Part shown: positions 57,765 through 64,000 of the stretch, piece after piece
Layout: every line of letters begins with the position of its first letter
How positions within the stretch are numbered: the first letter of the stretch is position 1
Virus record (IMG/VR): IMGVR_UViG_3300032295_003763
Location: 1 to 64,000 of that record
Direction: 5' to 3' (one strand)
Length of the DNA stretch: 64,000 nucleotides
Source of the DNA: a virus
Taxonomy: Duplodnaviria; Caudoviricetes
The notes under the pieces: generated by a model
Told to the model about the DNA's origin: nothing
Seen by the model: the letters and a program-made list of their open reading frames with translations, nothing else
The model's database searches: none
Position numbers and translations under genes: made by a program

Positions 57765-59102
57765 ATGACTCCAGAACTACAACACGAAGCTCTAAATGCC
57801 TGTAGAATAGGCTTTGAATTTGAGTTTTTTACAAATTATGAACGTCAAGAAGCAGCTAGACTGCTTTCTAAAGAATTAGAGCCAAAGGTTGTTTTAGGTC
57901 GCGGTAAGGCTATTGATAAAAAAACTAATATGGGTTCTAGCACCAAACCTACATCTAACCTTTTCAGACTTATACCTGATTTCTCAGGAGGCGGTCAAAT
58001 GAAAGAACTGGTAACAGGACCACTACCTTATCATGAAGCTAGACTCATTTTAAAAAGAGTGCTAAAATGGATTTCTGAAAATGGATGGACTACAGAAAAA
58101 TGTGGTCTCCATATTAATATATCATTTGACGAATTTTATGTGAAGTTAGCATGTAAACTATCACATTTAGATAAACTCAAATTTATTCTTTCTTATGATG
58201 AAAATAAAATTTTCAAGGCATTCCCAAATAGAGAGAATAATATCTATGCTAGAGGAATTAAACAAATATTCCCAGTAAATAGATTTATGAATCTTGAAAA
58301 CGTCAAAGGCGTATCAAAAGATATGTATTTAATTCCAAATACCAAATATTACTCTGTAAATTTTGATAAAATCAAAAATAACTATTTGGAATTTCGATCA
58401 ATTGGTGGTGCTGGATATGAAAAAAAATCCGATGAAATTCTGGACATTATGCAATATAATGCTTTAACGCTTTTTGAATGTTTACATAATCCTTCTTACA
58501 CAGAAGAGAATCTGTTCACACTAAATAAAATATTATCAGAGCACAAAAACTCTATAGGTGCATTTTCAAATTTAGAAGTGTTTATGCTGAAATTCCCAAA
58601 GATTAAAATATTTGTTGATTTAAAGGGTGATGTTGAAATAATCAAGCAGTATTTCGCCTTGATAAAAGATAAACTATTTGATTTGATTTTATTCGGTGGA
58701 ATTGATAATGCTTTAATAAACTATGATACAGATATTGCTAGAATTCAAGTTAAAGGTGCTGTATTTAAAGATTCCTTTTTAATTAAAGATGTCGACTTAG
58801 TAAACTGTAATGCATCTGGTATTTTAGAACATTGTAAATTATGGAATTGTAATATTTCAAAAGCACACTTGGAAAATTGTGATTTGATTATTTCAAACAC
58901 AATCAAAGATTCGAAAATAACTAGATGTGAAATGGGAGTTAAATCGTTTATAGATAATTGTTATATTGAAAATGGTTCAAAAACTATAAATGGTAAAATA
59001 AATAATTCTATAATTAGATCTGGGCAAATAGCAGATACTGCAAAAATGGATGATAAGACTGAAGTGATAAAACTTACACGAAAAGTAAAGAAATATACAT
59101 GA
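57765..59102 (+). CDS. putative amidoligase (COOH-NH2 ligase) family protein with C-terminal beta-helix-like repeats (start revised from 57708)
   Basis: IGFEFEF, ELVTGPL, CGLHINIS, KYYSVN, LEFRSIGG; GATATATA at 57720. Confidence 0.75.
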   Translation: MTPELQHEALNACRIGFEFEFFTNYERQEAARLLSKELEPKVVLGRGKAIDKKTNMGSSTKPTSNLFRLIPDFSGGGQMKELVTGPLPYHEARLILKRVLKWISENGWTTEKCGLHINISFDEFYVKLACKLSHLDKLKFILSYDENKIFKAFPNRENNIYARGIKQIFPVNRFMNLENVKGVSKDMYLIPNTKYYSVNFDKIKNNYLEFRSIGGAGYEKKSDEILDIMQYNALTLFECLHNPSYTEENLFTLNKILSEHKNSIGAFSNLEVFMLKFPKIKIFVDLKGDVEIIKQYFALIKDKLFDLILFGGIDNALINYDTDIARIQVKGAVFKDSFLIKDVDLVNCNASGILEHCKLWNCNISKAHLENCDLIISNTIKDSKITRCEMGVKSFIDNCYIENGSKTINGKINNSIIRSGQIADTAKMDDKTEVIKLTRKVKKYT

Positions 59103-60520
59103 TAACGAATCTTATTGAATTTCAATTTTGTAAAATACTAGAATCTTTAGTACAGTTAGATGCGCAATTTATTGAAATGCTACATCAAATAGATCATCCG
59201 ATTTCTCAAGAAATAATCGGTATGATTGATGACAGAAATTTTATAGATACTGAAAGTGACTTAAAAGATATATCTACTATTTATTTAAGCCAAAGTCCCG
59301 ATGAGATAAACTATAAGAGAAGCAATAGAGACCTCAACTCTTCTGACAAGATGAAGATAGGTAAGTTTGTTAAAAAGATAAATAATAAATACAATTCAAC
59401 AGATATAGAGAAATTTGTTACTATCTATAAGTCAATTTATCTTGAAAAAGAAGCTGATCCTGTTATTTTAACAGGAGATGACTTGAGAAAGTCTTTCTTA
59501 ATTAAAAATGTTGCAGCAGAGGTTGGGGATTATGCTACTAATTGTATGCGCTTTGAATCAACTCAGGAATACTTAGATATTTATGTTCATAATCCAGATA
59601 AAGTATCAAGTGTTGTTTTAAAAAATGAGGATAATAAAATCCTTAGTAGAGCTTTATTATGGAATACAGACGACGGTAGCATAGTAATGGATAGAGTTTA
59701 TGCTGTAGATCCAGGGTGGAAAAGAGTTTTACACAATTGGGCTAATTCTCAGGGATATTATTATAGAGCCAAAGATGACACTAAACCATTTAATAGCGAT
59801 ATATTCATACACAAAGGTAGAGAAGTCACAAAGAACTTTACAATCACATTAAAAAATTTCAAATTCAAATCATATCCTTATTTAGATACATTCTTTTATC
59901 TTGATACGGATGGAAAACTCCAGAATTTTGCACCAGAGAATAAAAACTATTTTGAATTAAGAAATAGTGATGGTTTATTATCATCACTTATTGAATTCGA
60001 ATGGTGGATGAATCGGAAAGCCGAAACAAAAGAAGAGGTTAAAGAGTTTTTAGAAAAGGTCTTAATAGTTGATTATAAAATACTTGATGATATGAGCATT
60101 GATGTTTTTCAAAAGGTTAGCATAATATGGGAAAACATGAAACTTATACCAGTTAATTTTAATAGTATTAAAGGTAGCGTTATTTTATCAGGTAATAAAT
60201 TACAATCTCTAGAAGGTTTGCCTAATGAAATTTTTGGTGATTTAGACTTATCTAGTAATCAGCTCAGAACTTTGAAAGGATGCCCAGAAGTTGTACATGG
60301 TACTTTCGATGTCAGCGATAATTTCTTAAAATCATTTGAGTATGGACCTAAAATAGTAGATGAAGATTATTTAGCGGAAAAGAATGAAATTATAAATGTC
60401 GAACATTTACCTCAAGTAATCCAAGGGGATTTAGATCTTAAAAATCAAAAGTCAAATAAGAAGTTCAAAAAAAGTGATTTTACACCCATAACTAAAATAA
60501 AAGGTGATGTAATAATATAA
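59099..60520 (+). CDS. PcfJ-like domain + leucine-rich repeat protein
   Basis: MKIGKFV, NCMR, YVHNPDKV, RALLW, MDRVY, YPYLDT; LRRs LQSLEGLP, LRTLKGCP, LKSFEYGP. Confidence 0.75.
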   Translation: MITNLIEFQFCKILESLVQLDAQFIEMLHQIDHPISQEIIGMIDDRNFIDTESDLKDISTIYLSQSPDEINYKRSNRDLNSSDKMKIGKFVKKINNKYNSTDIEKFVTIYKSIYLEKEADPVILTGDDLRKSFLIKNVAAEVGDYATNCMRFESTQEYLDIYVHNPDKVSSVVLKNEDNKILSRALLWNTDDGSIVMDRVYAVDPGWKRVLHNWANSQGYYYRAKDDTKPFNSDIFIHKGREVTKNFTITLKNFKFKSYPYLDTFFYLDTDGKLQNFAPENKNYFELRNSDGLLSSLIEFEWWMNRKAETKEEVKEFLEKVLIVDYKILDDMSIDVFQKVSIIWENMKLIPVNFNSIKGSVILSGNKLQSLEGLPNEIFGDLDLSSNQLRTLKGCPEVVHGTFDVSDNFLKSFEYGPKIVDEDYLAEKNEIINVEHLPQVIQGDLDLKNQKSNKKFKKSDFTPITKIKGDVII

Positions 60521-60543
60521 AAGCCCCGATTGGGGCTTTTTTT
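60519..60543. terminator. bidirectional terminator
   Basis: AAAAGCCCC/GGGGCTTTT stem. Confidence 0.8.
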
Positions 60544-60973
60544 AATTCAATGGTAAGTATCTTTTAGATTTTAACTTATAAACTTTACCGTCATATTCAT
60601 AAATCAGAATAAATGGTTTCTTTCCACCTTCAGGTAATAAAGAAACTTCTATAGTTAGGATTTCTTTCAATGGGAAATTATATGGTGAATAATTCTTTTG
60701 AAGATAATTCATAAGGTGATTACCTAAATTCTCATCAATCCATTGTCTGTGTAAATCAAAAGAATATCCAGTATTGTCATTATTTGTGTAATAAACATCC
60801 CCGACCAAATAACCTTCGCTTTCATCTTGATTATAAATCATTTCAACGCCATCTTCATCAATAAATTTGATGGTTTTAACTGCACAATTTTTTGAGGTAG
60901 GAATATCCCATTGATCTACACTATCTGTTTCTTTTGGGGTAAACTCTTCAAATAATAAAAAGTACTTTTTCAT
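60542..60973 (-). CDS. hypothetical protein with capsid-targeting-like N-terminus
   Basis: MKKYFLLFEEF start. Confidence 0.7.
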   Translation of the reverse strand: MKKYFLLFEEFTPKETDSVDQWDIPTSKNCAVKTIKFIDEDGVEMIYNQDESEGYLVGDVYYTNNDNTGYSFDLHRQWIDENLGNHLMNYLQKNYSPYNFPLKEILTIEVSLLPEGGKKPFILIYEYDGKVYKLKSKRYLPLN

Positions 60974-61063
60974 AATTATATGTTATATTTTTGAATAGCA
61001 AAATCGTATTTTATATCATTCGAAAGAATTTTCGGATAAATATAATTTTTACTACAAAATCTG

Positions 61064-61077
61064 GATATATATATATC
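61064..61077. promoter_or_regulatory. palindromic bidirectional late promoter GATATATATATATC
   Basis: Perfect palindrome giving GATATATA on both strands between divergent genes. Confidence 0.6.
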
Positions 61078-61098
61078 TAAACAATTAAACTTTTTACT

Positions 61099-61788
61099 AT
61101 GAGAAATTTTAAAGAATTTTTGACACTATTAAGCGAGTCCTCAATCATTGAGCAGGATTCCTTAAAAGAGCAATACCAAATAGAGGAAATTCTTTTGGAA
61201 AATGGATGTAATATATGTCTATTTAGTTCAGCAGGGATGGAACCAGATAATCGTGGATTAGTTAATCCCGACATAAGAAGGCTTAAAGGCACTTTAGGGG
61301 CTGTACAAACGCTGAATAACACAAAAGCAGGTCATATTATCAATCAAGCAGCAAAGATGTTCTCAGAGCATATGGTTGATAAAAATTTCGATGTTGTTGG
61401 AACAATCAAGACCATGAAAACTAACTTAGCAGGTGATCTAGTCGATAAAATAGATTTCTCAGATGGTCGAAAGCCTATGGTATTGAAAAACCTTATCTAT
61501 TTGACAAAAACTAGAGACGATGTTAAAACAACTAGCGAAAACATCGATAAGAAGGTTTCTAGAATGTTTAAGTTCGGAGATTTTGATATTGAAAAGATCG
61601 GTAAGGACGATAAGGCGAATGTAAAAGGTTTCTTGGGTGTAAATCCATCACTTGAGCATAAAATTATGGGTAAAAACATCGCAATCATCGATGACTATGC
61701 TGAAACTGGCACAACATTGAGAGAAGCATGTGATGCGTTGCTCAAATGCGGTGCTAAATCAGTTTCTGGATATGCTATATTGAAATAA
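61099..61788 (+). CDS. phosphoribosyltransferase-fold protein with capsid-targeting-like N-terminus
   Basis: GKNIAIIDDYAETGTTL PRPP-binding motif; MRNFKEFLTLLSES start. Confidence 0.85.
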   Translation: MRNFKEFLTLLSESSIIEQDSLKEQYQIEEILLENGCNICLFSSAGMEPDNRGLVNPDIRRLKGTLGAVQTLNNTKAGHIINQAAKMFSEHMVDKNFDVVGTIKTMKTNLAGDLVDKIDFSDGRKPMVLKNLIYLTKTRDDVKTTSENIDKKVSRMFKFGDFDIEKIGKDDKANVKGFLGVNPSLEHKIMGKNIAIIDDYAETGTTLREACDALLKCGAKSVSGYAILK

Positions 61789-61810
61789 TGTTTAAATATA
61801 CCTAACTCAT

Positions 61811-61846
61811 AAAAAAAGGAATTATTCTTGTGAATAATTCCTTTTT
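61811..61846. terminator. bidirectional terminator
   Basis: AAAAAGGAATTATTC/GAATAATTCCTTTTT stem. Confidence 0.8.
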
Positions 61847-61849
61847 CTT

Positions 61850-62437
61850 TTAGTTCCATCTTTCATTCAATTCTTTTTCTTTCTGTTCTAGTAATTCATT
61901 GTATCGACTTAAAGAAATTTTCATATTGCTTTCATTGTCATCTTCAATATCTTTAAATTTCTGTTCGAATACTAATGAACGAGTGAAATTATATCCGATA
62001 CCGCCAGTAAAGAATGAAACAGTTTCTTCTTCTAAGTCTACAATATAGAGGTGGTTGGTCAAACTGAAATCAGATTCATCCTGAGGATCTATGCTTTCAG
62101 AAATATCAGGTAATTCAGAAAAAGAACCTGAAAATAGCATATCTACTAATGAAAGTTCAGAAGATTCATGTCTACGTGATAATTGAATCCAAGTATCGCC
62201 TTCTAAAACATTAGGAAGAGCTTTTCTATCTTCTTCATTAATTATTGAGTTTTCTGAAACTATTTTGATTTTGTCAAAATATTCATTAAAATGATTATTA
62301 AATGTCGAATCTTTCAATTTTGAGATAAATCCAAACAACTGCATTGAAAAATCATAGGGACTTAAATTTTGATGGAAAAATAGTCCACCAGTTTTATTTC
62401 CTTTTTTGATCATTAAGATACCGCTGTGCATTAACAT
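61850..62437 (-). CDS. hypothetical protein (early)
   Basis: Own Bacteroidota-type promoter and AAGGAAG SD. Confidence 0.75.
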   Translation of the reverse strand: MLMHSGILMIKKGNKTGGLFFHQNLSPYDFSMQLFGFISKLKDSTFNNHFNEYFDKIKIVSENSIINEEDRKALPNVLEGDTWIQLSRRHESSELSLVDMLFSGSFSELPDISESIDPQDESDFSLTNHLYIVDLEEETVSFFTGGIGYNFTRSLVFEQKFKDIEDDNESNMKISLSRYNELLEQKEKELNERWN

Positions 62438-62484
62438 ATTAGCTTCCTTTAATTAATTATTTTTATTATCGTTATCTCTTAATA

Positions 62485-62516
62485 CAAACATAATAAAAAA
62501 ATTTGAAATAAACAAA
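62485..62516 (-). promoter_or_regulatory. Bacteroidota-type promoter TTTG-N20-TATGTTTG
   Basis: Exact consensus on the minus strand upstream of 62437. Confidence 0.7.
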
Positions 62517-62559
62517 TATTAATAAAAATATATACAATAAATCAAATAACAACTTACAA

Positions 62560-63144
62560 ATGAAGTATATCAAACGATTAGATGAAATGGAAGAAATCTT
62601 GAATAAAGATAAAACTATCATTTCCAGAATAGCATTTTATGATTTTGATGGAACTATTATAGATTCCCCTATGCCAGAACTTGGGAAATTATTATGGGCT
62701 AAAGAGAAAGGTATGAAATACCCCCATGTAGGTTGGTGGTCTAAACCAGAAAGTTTAGACTTGAATATTTTCGATATTAAAACTATAAAGAATGTTGAAA
62801 TAAGATTACAACGAGATATAGATGATAAAAATTGTTGGGTAGTATTATTGACTAATAGGTTATTAAAGTTACAACCTGACGTTTTAAACGTTCTTAATTA
62901 TTTAAATATAAAGGTAGATGAATTTCAGATGAAAGATCAGCTACATTATACTAAAAACATAAGAATAAAAAATGTTATACAAGACTTTCCACAATTGACA
63001 CAAATAGATATTTTAGACGATGACCAAAAGAATATCGATGATTTTATTGAACTTAGAGATGAATTACAACAAGAGGGTATAGCCGTTTCTATATACAAAG
63101 TAACGGCTCAAGATAAAGAAAACCCAATAAGACGAATAGACTAA
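62560..63144 (+). CDS. HAD-family phosphatase (Swiss Army Knife RNA-repair-like)
   Basis: FYDFDGTIIDSP, WWSKPESL, LLTNR, K, ILDDD. Confidence 0.8.
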   Translation: MKYIKRLDEMEEILNKDKTIISRIAFYDFDGTIIDSPMPELGKLLWAKEKGMKYPHVGWWSKPESLDLNIFDIKTIKNVEIRLQRDIDDKNCWVVLLTNRLLKLQPDVLNVLNYLNIKVDEFQMKDQLHYTKNIRIKNVIQDFPQLTQIDILDDDQKNIDDFIELRDELQQEGIAVSIYKVTAQDKENPIRRID

Positions 63145-63145
63145 A

Positions 63146-63802
63146 TTATTCATTAGGCGAACACCACAATAAACCTCTACTTCTGTTTACATAAAAGAAG
63201 TCTGGAGATCCTCCATAATGTAGCATAGTTTCAGACATATGCGAATGGTTTGGGTAATAAAGCATTGAGTTCCAAATTAATTCTTTGTTTATGTATTTCA
63301 TATATTCCCCTATAGCATATGATATGTGCTTATGTTTTTCTACTGTACCCATATCAAAAAAATCATGAACCGCCATATATCCATCTTCAGCGATGTATGG
63401 GGTATAATCTACAAAATCTCTTAAATGCTGTTCTCCATTTGCATCCCAGTCTATAAAAACTAAAGCACAATTCTTCAAAACATATTTTGTTAAGTTTATA
63501 TGTGCTTCATAAGATTTTTTCTCAATATGTGCTATTCTACCAGATTGTAAATGTTCTGCACAATTCTCATAAAATTTATCTTTGGCTAACTTATTATCAT
63601 TATCTACCATCTCATAGGGGTCAATAGCAATAATGCGTTTATTTGTATTTTCTGCAAGATATTTGGTAGTTTCTCCCTTTAAAACTCCAACCTCAATAAT
63701 AAATTCACCTTTAGAAGAGTTAGCTAGTTCAACTAGTTTTTTCTTTTCTACAGGCCATAAAGAAGCGTTAAAATAAGCGTGCATTTCTTCTGAAACTTGC
63801 AT
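63146..63802 (-). CDS. class I SAM-dependent methyltransferase (Methyltransf_24-like)
   Basis: IIEVGVLKGET, AIDPY, VFID, AVHDF. Confidence 0.85.
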   Translation of the reverse strand: MQVSEEMHAYFNASLWPVEKKKLVELANSSKGEFIIEVGVLKGETTKYLAENTNKRIIAIDPYEMVDNDNKLAKDKFYENCAEHLQSGRIAHIEKKSYEAHINLTKYVLKNCALVFIDWDANGEQHLRDFVDYTPYIAEDGYMAVHDFFDMGTVEKHKHISYAIGEYMKYINKELIWNSMLYYPNHSHMSETMLHYGGSPDFFYVNRSRGLLWCSPNE

Positions 63803-63848
63803 AAAAATTTCTTTTTAGTAATATAGGTTATTTAAAAATTATGTTCAT

Positions 63849-63878
63849 AAAAAAAGCCTATCCGAAGATAGGCTTTTT
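63849..63878. terminator. intrinsic terminator
   Basis: AAAAAGCCTATC/GATAGGCTTTTT stem. Confidence 0.8.
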
Positions 63879-63880
63879 GT

Positions 63881-64000
63881 TTAGAATCTGTTTCTGTATT
63901 CTAGTAGAATATTGAACTTTTCAAAGTTTATCACTCTCGACATATTTTGTGAATATTTTTTCAAGAGTTCTTTTTCTTCATCGGTAAGAGAATCAAAACC
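63881..64000 (-). CDS. 3' end of a gene entering from beyond the window
   Basis: Open frame GFDSLTDEEKELLKKYSQNMSRVINFEKFNILLEYRNRF-stop. Confidence 0.65.
   Translation of the reverse strand, partial: GFDSLTDEEKELLKKYSQNMSRVINFEKFNILLEYRNRF

Noticed and set aside
509-61688. Many short ORF-track entries antisense to or nested in longer genes (e.g. 652, 1869, 2353, 12795, 20034, 27115, 34720, 37738, 40159, 41467, 52471, 61077)
   Set aside because: Shadow frames of well-supported genes, with no motifs or promoter/SD context
1-64000. Alternative genetic code (TAG or TGA recoding as in some large phages)
   Set aside because: Conserved genes (pyrG, thyX, uvsW, the 1895-aa protein) are full length under code 11 and coding density is high
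1-64000. CRISPR array or cas genes
   Set aside because: No regularly spaced repeat-spacer array seen; the repeats found are paralog-derived or promoter copies
1-64000. Bacterial chromosome or eukaryotic giant virus origin, suggested by pyrG/gmk/ugd and ankyrins
   Set aside because: T4-like uvsW/uvsY/gp61/gp32 cluster, peptidoglycan hydrolases, bacterial promoters, SD motifs and intrinsic terminators indicate a large bacteriophage

Overview
AT-rich, densely coding segment of a large (jumbo/huge) tailed phage with T4-like replication genes (uvsW, uvsY, gp61-like primase, gp32 SSB), read with the standard genetic code. Repeated TTTG-N19/20-TAnnTTTG promoters, signal peptides cleaved before Gln and a Bacteroidota-style DksA/TraR point to a host in Bacteroidota or the wider FCB group. 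A second motif, GATATATA, sits 10-80 nt upstream of many genes and is a probable phage late promoter. Many of those genes start with a shared peptide, M-K-(Y/x)-(L/I)-K-L-F-E-x-(F/W)-(L/I)-N-E, resembling the T4 capsid-targeting sequence, which suggests a large set of virion-packaged cargo proteins (a kinase with permuted motif order, a PRTase, a HAD phosphatase, ankyrin proteins, a Gly-rich membrane protein, PG-binding proteins). The most striking locus (12.5-18.7 kb) interleaves three paralogous late minus-strand genes with six paralogous, recombining, secreted CAP/SCP-domain genes on the plus strand under host-type promoters; it looks like a polymorphic virion-protein/periplasmic-partner system. 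Other content: a tRNA-like RNA with an oversized central domain, a mini-intein at the catalytic Cys of UDP-glucose dehydrogenase, a protein ending in an NHLP-leader-like domain, six ankyrin genes, nucleotide metabolism (pyrG, thyX, gmk), sugar-modification enzymes, several cell-wall enzymes, an S41 protease, an ECF-like sigma factor and a 1895-aa baseplate/tail-like protein. All calls come from motif recognition by eye; no database searches were run.
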